The notes beneath the pieces are model-generated. The model saw nothing but the letters and a program-made list of their open reading frames with translations, was not told the origin of the DNA and made no database searches. A stretch of 64,000 nucleotides of DNA from Eledone cirrhosa (taxonomy: Eukaryota), in NCBI GenBank assembly GCA_964016885.1, contig OZ024742.1, forward strand, positions 270,382,001 through 270,446,000, written 5' to 3'. A program made the translations under genes and the position numbers. This document shows positions 1 through 12,397 of the stretch, one piece after another; position 1 is the stretch's first letter, and the number at the start of each line of letters is the position of its first letter.

Positions 1-337
1 TTATCAGTAGTTTTGATAATGTTAGCAACATTCATCATAGAAGTGTTGGGGGTGGTGTCAACGTTTGAACTGTTGTCACGTGACATATGACTCTATTAAG
101 GGGGTTGTATTTCTTACATATTTCTTATGACCATTTTATTTTATTTTAAGAATAAATATCAAATATTTGGACCCTCGTCCCAAATATTATGGAAATTCCT
201 TGTTAGAGAGCAATATATTTGAACCTCTCAACAGCAAAAAACACAACCTTTCCAAAACATGCAATTCAAAGCAAAATAAAATCAACAGACCTACTAGAGC
301 TGATATCAATATGTCCGTCGAAAATGAGAAACAAAAT

Positions 338-530
338 AATAATGATTTCTACTATAGGCACAAGGCTAGCAATTTTGAGGGCGGGGAAATTCGATTAAGT
401 CGACACCAGTGTGTGACTGGTACTTTATTTTATCGAAAGGATGAAAGGCAAATCTAACCTCAGTGAGATTTGTACTCAGAACGTAAATGGCTGTCGCTAA
501 GCATGTTGTCCGACGCTCTACTGGTAGTAA
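338..530 (-). mobile_element. tRNA-derived SINE, family A (central domain GCCTTTCATCC..GGGGTCGATAAAATAAAGTACCAG, (TTA)n tail)
   Basis: Matches the copies at 43936-44115 and 58100-58280, with a decayed B-box-like head and the GGTACTTTATTTTATCGA motif. Confidence 0.8.
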
Positions 531-904
531 TACTAATAACATTTCGGGTAAATGTTAAATTAAATAGAATGTAAAATACACTAGTAATGTAGAAAAATGT
601 ACAAAGAAAATGTACATTAACTCTGTTCATTTGAGATATATTAGACTTTGTAAAAATGTTTTTTTTTTCTCTTAACTGAAACCTCGTATTAAGGTAAGGA
701 TGATTTAATATAAATATAATTTCCAAATATATATTTACGGACTCATATATAAATATAAAAATATACTTTTACGCATTCACAAACGCACATTATACATACA
801 CACAAATATCAATATATACATATATATTTATATATAGGGAGAGAGAAGAGAAAAGGGTGTCAAATAATCATCGTTAAACTATATATATATATATATATAT
901 TTAT

Positions 905-968
<64 letters not shown>

Positions 969-1502
969 TTATTTATTTATTTATATATATGTACATTTAT
1001 ATATATATATATATATATATGAGGTCATACTGCGTTATTTTATTGGTAAGATACGTTAGGCACAATGCCTCTTTTACCCTTCGTTCTTCGGGAGCGAATA
1101 GTTATCGTAGCAGAGCATTTATAATTCAAAATTCACTAAGACCAAGGATTAAAATAATTGTTGTTCATTTACACAATTGTTGTTCATTTACACAAATACG
1201 AACGTTTCAATATAGCCAGAAATTATACATCAATATTGTAAAGAACCGAAAGATTTTCAGTTAATTAAGTCCTCATAGGCGCTTTATCCTAGGCAGTATA
1301 TCTTCGGGAAGTACAAATAGCAATAATTTCTTTAATATAACAAATGAAGCAACAATTACATTGAATTCATCGTACAAAATCATAAAACCAAGAGCATGTA
1401 CTTATGAACATACTTAGTGGATAAGCAATTTAAAAGTTTATGTGTGTTAATCATGCAAATGTTAAAATATATTATAATTGTCAATTGGTTAAATTAAGGT
1501 TG

Positions 1503-1561
<59 letters not shown>

Positions 1562-1562
<1 letters not shown>

Positions 1563-2290
1563 TTGTTTTGCGAGGTTTTTTATATGAAATCGTGTGTCAA
1601 AACAAATATTGTTATACTTGGGGAGGGTCATATTTGTGTAATAATATTGCCAGAATTAATAACAGAACACACTCACTAATTCGTTGGTTTTCGCTTCTGT
1701 ATCTTTTATATCAGTTAATTTATTCAGTCCTCAATGAATGTTTGCCATTCATTGACCAACGGTCAAACATACAGATACAATATAGACACAAATACATATA
1801 TATAGTTTAACAAAGTTCTTTCGTTGCACATCTGTAACATCGTCAGTGGTGCTATTATGTTTCCTCCTGTTGTATTGTATGTCTACGCCATCTTTATTTA
1901 ATCTGTTTATTTATTTATTTATTTATTTATTTATTTTTGTCTTCTTCTCTGCGCATGCGTTTACGTGTGTGTATAGTGTTTTGTTTGATGTGTGTTCGTG
2001 TTTGGGTGACTGTGTATTAGTTATTGTATTCTATCTTAGTTTACTAGTGTGTGTTTATATGTGTTTGTTGTGATTGTGCTTGTGTATGTATTTATTTATT
2101 TATTTATACTTCTCTTAGGTCAGTATTGTATGTCTACGCCATCTTTATTTAGTCTGTTTATTTATTTATTTGTTTGTCTTCTCTGCGAATGCGTTGTAAC
2201 AAACCTAAGAGAACTATAAATAAATAAATGTATATATACATACATGCATATCAATATATATATACATACATGCATAGTGTGTGTCTGAAA
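1562..2290 (-). mobile_element. Solo 3' UTR/pseudo-LTR of the Neptune-like Penelope family, with hammerhead motif at about 1808-1850
   Basis: Reverse complement of 24290-24875 and 36990-37775; flanked by (TA)n; internal 2070-2190 duplication also present in the 37 kb copy. Confidence 0.8.
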
Positions 2291-2347
2291 TGTTTGTTGT
2301 TCTTGTGCTTGTGTATATATATTTATTTATTTATTTATATTTCGCAT

Positions 2348-2396
<49 letters not shown>

Positions 2397-2915
2397 TATT
2401 ACAAAATAACAGGAGGCATGTTCTGGTGTAAATCCTTGAAAGGTTTATTTTACTATGATCATTTCAATGACCGGGTTCAGTATGAATCGGGTGACATCGT
2501 CAGGTTATTCAAGATATAACGAAGGAATATATCAAATAAAAATCTTTGGTGTTTAAATCAGAGACAAGAGGGCGGCCGGTATGTTAGCGACTTGTATCTA
2601 CGTTGACCGCCCTTTTGTCTCTGATTTAAACACCAAAGATGTTTATCTGATATATTCCTTCGTTATATATTGAATTACCTGATGATGTCACCTTTTTCTT
2701 ACTGAACTCGGTCATAGAAATGATCATAGTAAAATAAACCTTTCAAGGATTTACACCAGAACATGCCTCCTGTTATTTTGTAATAATCAACTCCGTACTC
2801 GCACCACCAACTACACAACCGAAGATGGGTGGTTGCATTACGTTGAGTGATTTACGTTGGCTGACCACACAGAATCACCAGTTCTATCCAGTGGTGAACC
2901 AACAAACCCAAATAA
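2397..2915. mobile_element. Fold-back Penelope-type pLTR insertion (arms 2397-2575 and 2607-2785) with two divergent hammerheads
   Basis: About 180-bp inverted arms seen directly; a single-orientation copy lies at 42230-42545 (-); flanked by (TA)n. Confidence 0.75.
2675..2732 (+). ncRNA. Minimal type-I hammerhead ribozyme motif
   Basis: TTAC-CTGATGA-stem II-GAAA-TGATCA-TA-GTAA: stem I TTAC/GTAA, palindromic loop 3, AUA triplet, followed by AATAAA. Confidence 0.7.
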
Positions 2916-2989
2916 ATATATATATATAAATATATATTTATATATATATATATATATAACTATTATTTCTTATTATGTGGAGTTAATTA

Positions 2990-3620
2990 ACTCAAAGCGT
3001 CACTGCAATCACAACATCAACATCACCAGCAAAAACGACAGCAGCAGCAACGGAGGCAAGGACTACAGCAAAACAATAAAAACAAAAGCAGATTCGCAGC
3101 AATGGCTGCAAAGAAATGGCACGGTTCCATATTGACATAAATAGAATGAAAGGATGTTTGGAACAGGCAGCCAATACTGTTACAGTTAAGAATACCTGGG
3201 CCAACGAAATTTCCCCGCCTGAGGTGTTGGCAAATGACTGGGAAAACTCCAAATTATAGATATATGGCCACTAAATCCAAACAGCCGGAGCTGTCTCCGC
3301 AACCTTACGTGGAAGGAGTCCTGAAGGGCTTAGACATGCACACGCTGTGAGAGCCAAGCAGTTTGGGAACATCGCAGGGCTCTTCAAAACCGAGGTCCTT
3401 GCAAAAAGTAGGATGTGGTCTCTAATAAAATGGATAAAATTATAATAGTCCGCTCTTTCATGGAAAAAGTGCCCGTGAATACGGGAATTACTGGCATTCT
3501 ACAATAATTAGACATCTGGTGGATCCTAGCAAGCAATCGTTATAGAAATAAATGAAAATTGCTTGAAGTAAAGAGGATTCGGAGGATGAAATGATCTGGG
3601 ATCAGTCTGGAAGTATCCGG
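2990..3620 (+). pseudogene. Decayed Tx1/L1-type ORF1 fragment
   Basis: Translates to HAVRAKQFGNIAGLFKT, similar to HITRGKKYATVDVLFAT of the 6882-7661 ORF; Asn/Ser-rich N-terminus and FAAMAA/SFAGVA motif shared. Confidence 0.5.
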
Positions 3621-3639
3621 ATCAGTGAATATTGAAAAT

Positions 3640-4075
3640 ATCATCATCTTATTATCATCCTTATCATCATCATAAACGTCATCATCAACATGATCCAGTT
3701 TTTGATTATGCAGGACACAATGCATTTCTAAGTAGGCGTCGGTTGTGCTTGACAACGCTCCTTAGCATTCCGGCTCCATGTGTTTCTGTCAGCTGGTCTC
3801 ACTTATAGCAGTCTACGCATAGCTTGATCCCAACGTAGATTCTCCATCCATGTCCTCTTTCGTCTTCCTAGGCCTCTACAGCCACTTGGATCGACATTCA
3901 TCATATTACTGATCCAGCTGCCACTGCGCTTGTCATGGCCGTACCAAGGCATGCGTCTTGTGTGAAACAGATTATCATGGTCACCGATCAGCAGTCTTTA
4001 CAGGAGCTGTGTTTAGCTGATATAATCCTCAGACTGAATTCGCCATCCGGTTAGTGTGGAGTTAAGTTTAGTCAT
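3640..4075 (-). mobile_element. RTE-clade LINE 3' end with (GAT)n tail
   Basis: Minus-strand translation RMPWYGHDKR...GCRGLGRRKRTWMENLRWD...DRNTWSR (RTE C-terminal WFGH..RGRP..TW signature). Confidence 0.7.
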
Positions 4076-4559
4076 AGAGGGCATAACGCATAGGTGAAAA
4101 TTATTTGGAAAAACCACCTAAGAGATTTAAGCACTCTACCGAAAAACCCAGCGAGCTATACAGACCATTGTTTTCGACGCTAAGCACACAACAACAAACA
4201 CAAGAGCATGAACAGCGAACAAGAGCAACATCAGCCACAATACCAGCAGTAAAAGTCGAATAAAAAAGAGAGATACTTAAATCTGCAGCAACAACATTAG
4301 CAAGAAACTTACAAATCACACAGCGGGACTCCTAACCCAGCTCTTCGTCTTCAAAATACACACACACATACACACACACACCGCAATATACATCTGAGTT
4401 AAATCACTCAGACACAGAAACCTTCTCTCCTCGCACAGTGAAACATCAAGAAACAAAAAGAAACGTAAGCAAAAAAAAAACTTTCTGTGACCGGATTAGA
4501 GCATTATTTAAGCTGCAGTGAAGAGGGTTTTCCTCAACAACAGGTGGTGGGATGCAGCG

Positions 4560-6680
4560 ATTAGAGTATAAATTCATAGCTATTAATCAAGAACTGGTGA
4601 TAGAAGAAATAATGAAGGTGATGGGGTGCTAGTAGTTAAATTAGAAGAGGCGATTAGGCGCAGTATTGCATCCGACGTGCAAGCTGTGAGAATAACTCTA
4701 GACCATTTCTTTAAATCGAAAAAAAAAAGATTACATTGTCAGAGCTGAGGTGCATGTTCTATGAAACCAAGGAACAAAGGCTGCTCATTGGGCTCGCGAT
4801 GCACAGTAAATGATACAGCGAAAAGTAAATAACAGCAGCCGAGTACAGTGCCGCCAACTTTGCGTTGTGCAAATCAACCGGTTTAAATGGTCTGTCAATC
4901 GAAGTTTTCGTTGATACGCAGGACTTGTTTTACAATATTCTCAATGATGTCTACTGCAACTGGCATCTGTACGGGTTAATCCCATGTTCTTTTCATCGGG
5001 ACGTAGTAACACTGATGAGCATTGACGAGAACAATTAGGATACTATAGATAATTTTCGGACCATAATTCTGATCAACACAAAGTTTAAGATTTTGAGGAG
5101 GTTGATACCTTGTAAATAATCTGGTATAGGTAGCGCAGGTGTGAGCAATCGGACAAAGTCTATATACGTTAAAGAGGGTATTGATTAAACCTGGGATTTG
5201 GCGGGCTTCTGATCAATTTGGATGAATCGATATTTTCGATAGGGTCAAACATGGATACCTAGGGTTTGTCCTCAAGGCATCCGGCTCCCTTCCCTTCATC
5301 AGAGACTTGATCGCTTCAATGCACACTAAGAACTGCTCGGTGGGCAAAGTAAATGGCCAGCTATCGGAATTGTTTTAAATCACGTGCTGGTTTCTTCAGG
5401 GATGCCTTCTTAACTCCCTTCTGTACGTAGTGAGTGTTGAATTACTACCCCAGAAGCTGTAGTTGTTGCTGTGCATTCTGCACGAACCGCGATGTGATAG
5501 TGGGCTGCATCGGCCTATGGGTTCAACATCACTGTGATGGTGTCAACCGCTCGGAAATCGAGGTACTCGGCAAATATTTAGAGAGATATGAAACGGTGGC
5601 GGGGATAAAATTCAACCCAAACAATCGATGGGTCCGTAGCTCGACACATGGAAGGGTAAGTTAATGCCGTCAAAAAGTATTGTGGGTCTCTTTACGTTCG
5701 GACTCAGAGTGTAGCATAGTTCAGACCTCCAAGTGGATAGGAACTGGCACCAGGTAATGAGCAGGCTGACTACGCTAACTCAGATATGGACCAAGAGGCA
5801 GCTATTCCTGAAAGGTCGGGCAAAGGTGGTGAACTTATACATGTTTTCCTTCCACTATCACCTCTTGACTGCGCTTCGTTCTCCACGTTCACTCCTCACA
5901 AATAGGAGGTTCGGTTCTTCAAGTTCATGAGTGAAAGACAGTTTCCACTGGTGAGGAAGTCCATTTTCTACCAATATCCTCTATCCGGCGTATTGATCAT
6001 GTCGTTGGTTAATGATGAGAAATCATGCGCTGTGTAAAAGGCTTCTCCAGATGATCTTTAATGGTGATCGTGCGTTGTTTCCCTGTGTCAAGCACGTCTT
6101 TTTACAGCTCTTGCTTTTGTCTGAGCTACTCTAGGAGAGCATGTAGGATATATCCAGCCATTGACCGATACCATAGTGAAAATTATCCCGCTGACTTCCT
6201 TTGGGAGAGAAGGGCAGGTAGTTTCCTATGTTAGTGACAGTAGCGAAAGTTGTTGTGTGGTTAACACCGTGGAAAAAGACTGAAGGCAGACACTTTCCTC
6301 TTCCATCAATTCTTCCTCGACGTTTTCAAGATCCACTTGAAAAAGGAAGATCAACTCGAAGATGTAAGTGCAGCCCTCTTTACATTTATTGAAAAGTTTG
6401 TGAACACAGCGAATATGCGCTTGTAGATTGGAGAAATTCCACAGGTGAGGTGCACCTTCATAAAGTGTTCTTGAAGATTAGGGTCGTTTAGGTTCTGCTA
6501 CCTACCTACCTTATCCCGTGTTGGTCCTCCTCCCTTTGGCGAATTTTATTTTTAAACTATATTCTTATTTTTATTTGATTTTTTTTTTTTTACACGCTTT
6601 AGATTTTGTGTAAATACCCATTGAGACAGTATTTTGCATTATCACACGTTTCGGCACTTGTGGCCAATAAAGAAATAATT
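4560..6680 (+). mobile_element. Decayed Tx1/L1-clade LINE ORF2 (RT) and 3' end
   Basis: DNFRTIILINTKFKIL (NWRPISLLNTDYKIL-like), LINLD..FDRV, QGCLL.PLLY, IWTKRQLFLKGRAKVVN; ends AATAAAGAAATAATTATT. Confidence 0.8.
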
Positions 6681-6689
6681 ATTGTAACT

Positions 6690-8485
6690 ATTGTTTCTTT
6701 TTTATTTCTTTGAATATACATCTTGTAAATAAACAAAATTTATGTCTTGTAAATTTCTTTCATTTCTTCTTTACCCTTCTTTGTCTGCCTTCACCTTTAG
6801 AGGGTGACGCTAAGGGTTTTTTCCTCTTTTGTTTTTTTATGGCAGACCGTTTGCCACTTCCCTCCCGCCTCATACTCCAAGTCAGATTCCGTGGCGTCTG
6901 GGAGGGGCATGAGCTCCACTGCTGTTGGTGGTGGTAATGTAACCAGCTCCGGCGATTTTGCCGCCGGTGTGGCTACTGCGACTGTTGGTGTCCGCCACTG
7001 CTGCCACCGTTTTAGTTGTCTGTGGTCTTGTTATGGGTCGCACGGACGTCATTGCCCTCCTACTCACCATGGAAGGGTCTTCTGCCTCTGTTGCCTGCAA
7101 TGCTCTTGGTAGTAGCGGATCAGGCGTCGGAATGAGGTTGCTCTCTTCTTGACTGTCTTCTGCGGGCAGAAGGCCGTGAGATAACTCTTCTGCCCACAAA
7201 TAGCAATTTTGGCGCCTTCCTTCCACTTTTATATGGGGATGGAGCCCTTCTTCGAGGTATTTGATGTCTGGGATGGCCCAGATACATTCCTGGTCAGTCT
7301 GTATTAGCATTTGCATGCCTATTCCTGACCAGTTGCCTCTTTCCGTTCTCTGTATTTGCAGTGTGGTGGTCTTCTCCTCGATTCCATCCAGTAGAGACGT
7401 GGCCAGCCAAGGTAAGGGCACGTCGGACGGGACCTGGGTTACTGTTACCCTCACAATTTTCTGCCCGCAGTAGGAGGGCACCAAGACTATCTCCTCACTC
7501 TTTAGGGTTTCCAGCGTGAAACTTCGACTCTTGGGGGTGGCGAAAAGTACGTCTACTGTGGCGTACTTTTTGCCTCGGGTGATGTGGGTTTTGCGCGCCC
7601 AGACGCACCCGAAGGCCTTTAGGACTTGAGCCTCCGTGGCTCTCTGCACCCGATGTGACAATTTAATTACGGTGCGCTAAGGGACGGTGCGCAGCTTCTG
7701 GTCTTTGAAGAAATCGGTGGAGGTTTCAAGGAAACTCTGTTGTCGTTTCACGAAAAAATGGCTCTTGCGACTGCCATCTCTTCCTCCGTGATTAGCACAG
7801 TCTCTAAATTTTGGGCCACACCTGCGAAAGAAGTGGCCCCTTTTTCAGCGGCCCCATTATTGCTGCCACTCCTGGTCTTGTTGTTGGTGCTGTTGCTGTT
7901 GATACTGCTACAAACGGTGTTGTTGGTGTTGTTGCTGTTATCACTGTTGTAGTTGGTCATGTTTTTGGTGCCACCGGTGTTGTTGTTTTCGATGCAATTT
8001 GTATTGTTGCTGTTGGTGTTGTGCTCGTTTATTTTCTTGTTTAATATCGGTGTTGCATTTGTTGTCATTTTTTTCTGCTGTCTGTATTTTGGTTGACTCT
8101 GTTATTGTTGTAGTTGTTGTGGTAATTTTTTTTAAATGTGTTCTGAGTGTTGTCTTTCTTCACGTTGCTTCTTGTGGTGGTGTCTGTTGTAAGAATTTCA
8201 CTCACCCTCCTCTCAACTTTTACGCCGTAGTCACACGACAGCGGACATATTGCTGGGGGGGGGGGGGGGGGGGGGCTCAGCCTTGTTTCTTTTTTTCAAA
8301 TAATTTTTAAAAGTAAAATGTCCAAATATTTGGGTCAGAAGGCCCAAACTATTATACTTTGCCCCTTCACAGTGCAAAGTCTCAGAGATTATATCTCTTA
8401 CACACCAAGAAATATTTAACAACTAATTTTACCAGGCAAATAAAGCGACTTACTGGGAGCGAGCAAAAAGCGTCCGAACAGTCCG
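6690..8485 (-). mobile_element. Tx1/L1-type ORF1-only element (HAL1-like); ORF1 broken into 7748-8068 and 6882-7661
   Basis: Asn-rich N-terminus, RRM-like region, EGRRQNCYL knuckle remnant and EWQTVCHKK basic tail, then AATAAA (6701-6706) with no ORF2. Confidence 0.6.
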
Positions 8486-8504
8486 ATAATAATAATATTA
8501 ATAA

Positions 8505-8565
8505 TAATTGTTTCTACTTTAGGCACAAGGCCAGCAATTATCCAGTGCATTACTGGTACTTTATT
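8505..8565 (-). mobile_element. SINE family A 3' fragment
   Basis: TTGTTTCTACTTTAGGCACAAGGCCAGCAATTATCCAGTGCATTACTGGTACTTTATT. Confidence 0.75.
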
Positions 8566-8591
8566 AATAATATTAATCATAATAATAATAA

Positions 8592-9613
8592 TCTACTTAA
8601 GGAGATCTGAGGGTGGAAGAGGTCTTATTAGCATAGAGGACTGTGTTCAGATGGAGAAAAACAACCTACACAAATACGTGACTGATAGTAAGGAGCCAAT
8701 GCTCAGAACTGTACTGAAGGAGGGGACAATAGGCCAGGGGATGTCCAAGGAGGAAATAACATCAAGGAGAAAGAGCAGCCTTCAGGAAAAATCCCTTCAT
8801 AGTACCTTCTTTGAGATAACTGAATTTAGAGATCCACAGACATGGAACTGGTTGAAAAGAGGAGACCTTAAAAAGGCTACAGAAGGAATGTTAATGGCTG
8901 TGCAGGAGCAGGCCCTCAAAACGAAGTGGTTGAAACACCACATTTACAAGGAGGAGGCTAGCCCACTGTGCAGGATCTGTGGAGAGAGAGAGGAGACTGT
9001 GGCTCACATTGTATCCGAGTGTAAACACCAAGCCCAGGCTCACTATAAGGGCTGGAGACATGATCTGATGGGTAGGGTGATCCACTGGCACCTATGCAAA
9101 GTAAACAATTTACCATATTCTGAGAAGTGGCATGAGCATAAGCCAGAGGCGGTGATAGAAAACGATCAGGTGAAGGTGCTGTGGGATTTTAGGATACAGA
9201 CGGACAAGAAACTGGAACATAATAGACCTGACCTGGTGATTTTGGACAAAGAAAAAGATCGTGCCTGATTGTGGATGTGGCCTGTCCATTCGACACGAGA
9301 GTGCAAGAGAAGGAGAGGGAGAAAATTAACCGATACCAGGACTTAAAGTGGGAGGTAAAATGGATTTGGAACTGCCATGAAGTCAAAGTGATCCCGATTG
9401 TCATAGGCGCACTAGGGACTATCTCAAAAAGTTTCAGGGATGGTTAAAGAAAATTGACCCCTTCACGCTTTTTGGAACGCTTCAAAAGGCATCCTTGCTG
9501 GGAACAGCAAAAACCCTCCGATACTTCCTGAATATCTGAGGCTGCAGGTAGTGGCTTGATATTCATTTCAACAAACTTTCCAGTTAACTAACATCAATGA
9601 CTGAGACTCAAAG
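8592..9613 (+). mobile_element. R4/Dong-clade non-LTR retrotransposon, 5'-truncated, with CCHC finger and restriction-like endonuclease, inserted in (TAA)n
   Basis: EGGRGLISIEDCV, AVQEQALKT, CRICGEREETVAHIVSEC, RHD, HNRPDLVILDK, IVDVACPFD, VIPIVIGALG; one frameshift near 9262; TAA repeats on both sides. Confidence 0.92.
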
Positions 9614-9619
9614 AATAAT

Positions 9620-9663
<44 letters not shown>

Positions 9664-9664
9664 T

Positions 9665-9870
9665 AATAAATACAAAAGATAGTACTAATGGGAACTGCCC
9701 ATATACTAAGGGAGATTATGTCAATATAAGTACATCACAAGTCTAAACACTTAAATATGCATGTGTGTGTATGTATGTTCTTTCTTGAACATGGCGGACC
9801 TTGTCTCTTGAGGTCACTGGTTGTGACTTGGTGATAACACGTATGAACATAAAGCAAGATAAATGAAACT
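9665..9870 (+). mobile_element. 3' end of a second Dong-like family
   Basis: IQKIVLMGTAHILREIMSI* plus 3' UTR, between (TAA)n; same as 11085-11290 and 27583-27710. Confidence 0.75.
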
Positions 9871-9891
9871 ATAATAATAATAATAACACTG

Positions 9892-10925
9892 CTTTCTCTA
9901 TTAACGACTAGGATTTACATAAAGTAGACATTAAGGACAGTACAGTACAATACAGGACGGTACAAATGGGAATTTCTGCGTGTAAAAAAAAAAAACAGAG
10001 GCTGTAACAAAAAAATAACAATGAAAAATTCCCAATAGGACGGAGACTACAGAGGGACATTTGTAGAGAAAGCCCATTAAAAGACCACAGTGACACTGAC
10101 TACCAGGGCAAGTGCCTTCTCCCAGTTTTCCACAATTAATTTACAGACACATACTCAGAGTAGGCCCATTAACTCGGGCCATACTTGCTTCTCTCACCCA
10201 TCTTTCAACAAAATGTTGGGAAGAGAGCACTTCCCTCTCTACCCTGATTTTCTTTTTCAAATGAAATTTGAAAAAAGTTAAGCAGGGCATCACCGAAGGG
10301 GTAAGTGCTCATCTTCAGCCCTTTCAAACTTGTCCACCATACTATCTCTTTCGTCATGGCCACCTAACAGATAAAGACTGCCTGCCCTTCCCGGCTAAAT
10401 GAAGAGGGCGGGGCAATCCTCACGATGGACTCAGCTGATAGCTGGATCCGTCCTACACGCGACAGCAGGTGCTCGACATAAACCCACAAGTCAGCAATGC
10501 TCGGACACTGGACGAGTGCGTGCAGCACGGTTTCGTCGCCCTGCGCGTATCCCGTACATGCCCGGCTGACAACACCTCCATGACTGTAGAGTTTATCCCG
10601 AACTGGCAAAGCTCCTCGGTAGCACTGCCAGGCCAGGGATTTCTGGAAGTTGTCCATAGGCCCCGGCCCGAAATTTCGTCGACGCCTAGAGTTTCCCCAA
10701 GTATGTCGTCGCTCTTCCCCTACACTAATCCTCTATAGAACGCCAAGGTGGAGTTTCCACCGATCACATTGCCCGATTGGTCGAGGGCTGTGAGCGCCTG
10801 AAGATATTCCAGTCTCCAAGCGCTCCCTCTCGGTCTAAGCTTGACCCAGGACGGCCCGCTCCGTCAAGGAGACGAGATGGGGAAAGACGCGTCTAGAAAA
10901 CTGCGACCACACCTAATCACCGTCG
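9892..10925 (-). mobile_element. Tx1-clade LINE 3' fragment (zf-RVT region and 3' UTR)
   Basis: SLAWQCYRGALPVRDKL...ACTGYAQGDETVLHALVQCP; FKFHLKKKIRVEREVL; tail abuts (TAA)n. Confidence 0.85.
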
Positions 10926-10979
10926 AAGAAGAGAATAATACTAATAATAATGTTAATAATAATAATAATAATAATGATA

Positions 10980-11289
10980 ATACAAAACTAAATCAACACT
11001 AGTGGTTGTAGGCGCTCTAGGAATGATAACTAAAGTGTCTAATGATTACTTATCGCAAATCCCAGGAACACCGCGTATAGGAGAAATACAAAAGATAGTA
11101 CTAATGAGAACAGTCCATATACTAAGGCAGGTTATCTCAATATAAGTACATCACAAGTCTAAACACCTAAAGATGCATGTGTGTATATGTATGTTCTTTC
11201 TTGAACATGGCGGACCTTGTTGTCTCTTGAGGTCACTGGTTGTGACTTGGTGATAACTCGTATGAACATAAAGCAAGATAAATGCAGCT

Positions 11290-11290
<1 letters not shown>
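10980..11290 (+). mobile_element. Dong-like 3' fragment in (TAA)n
   Basis: VVVGALGMI...IPGTPRIGEIQKIVLMRTVHILRQVISI*. Confidence 0.8.
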
Positions 11291-11326
<36 letters not shown>

Positions 11327-11351
11327 TAATAATAATAATAATAATTAAAAT

Positions 11352-11799
11352 GATTTCTTTATTAACCACAAGGGTTTACATAAAGTAGACATTAAGGACA
11401 GTGCAGGACAATACAGGACGGTACAAATGGGCATTTCTGCGTGTAAAAAACAAAAACAGAGGATGTAACAAAAAAATAACAATGAAAAATTCCCCAATAG
11501 GGGGGTGGGGGAGACTTCGGAGGGACATTTGTGGAGAAAGCCCAGTAAAAGGCCACAGTGACCCTGACCACCAAGGCAAGCGCCCTCTCCCAGGTTTCCA
11601 CCTTTAATTTACAGATATATACTCAGAGTAGGCCCATTACTCACCAACCTGCTCAGGCGTTTTGAACTGTCTGACAGGTACCGATTGGATTTCCCGAATG
11701 TGCCAATGTGGACTTGAACAAATCGCATAGGGTCATCTAGATCATATCTAGATAGAGTATTTTGTAGAGAAATAGATAGGTCTAGCATAGGCTGTCCAC

Positions 11800-11800
<1 letters not shown>
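11352..11800. mobile_element. Tx1 insertion with 5' inversion: 3' end on - (11352-11638), APE endonuclease segment on + (11639-11800)
   Basis: 3' UTR matches 9892-10170; the + segment reads LSDRYRLDFPNVPMWT*TNRIGSSRSYLDRVF; (TAA)n on both sides. Confidence 0.7.
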
Positions 11801-11869
<69 letters not shown>

Positions 11870-11904
11870 GTTTCTTTATTTCTTTATTTATATTATTAAT
11901 AATA

Positions 11905-12262
11905 ATGCTTTCTTTATTAACCACAAGGGATGTCACAATGTATAACATTAAGGACAACAGAGGACAATATAGGATAGTACAAATGGGCATATCACCGTCT
12001 AAAAAAAATAAACAAAAAACAGAGGAGGTAACAAAGAAAGAAACAATGAAAAATTCCCCAATTGGGGGGGGGGGAGACCTCCGAGGGTCTCTCGTGGAGA
12101 AAGCCCACAAAAAAGCCACGGTTACCCTGCAGGCACACGCTCAGAGTAGGCCCATTCATACGGGCCATTCTTGCCTCTCTTACCCACCTTTCAACAAACT
12201 GTCTGGAAGGCAGCACTTCCCTCCCCACATTGACTTCACTTTTCTCAGGTGAAACCTGAACA
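11905..12262 (-). mobile_element. Tx1 3' end, third copy
   Basis: Homologous to 9892-10280 (GREVLPSRQFVERWVREARMARMNGPTLSVCL). Confidence 0.8.
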
Positions 12263-12311
12263 ATTTAATGATGATCTCACAAAAGAGGAAAATAATAGTA
12301 AAAATAATAAT

Positions 12312-12380
<69 letters not shown>

Positions 12381-12397
12381 ATATATATATATATATA

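Noticed and set aside
1040-1320. Minus-strand CCGAAGA motifs; similarly CTGATGA-like words near 41957, 43246, 47211 and 51730
   Set aside because: No convincing GAAA, stem I and cleavage triplet together, so not called as ribozymes
2397-2785. Palindromes as amplification or assembly fold-back artefacts
   Set aside because: Arms carry independent substitutions and indels and are confined to specific repeat families; read-level confirmation is still advisable
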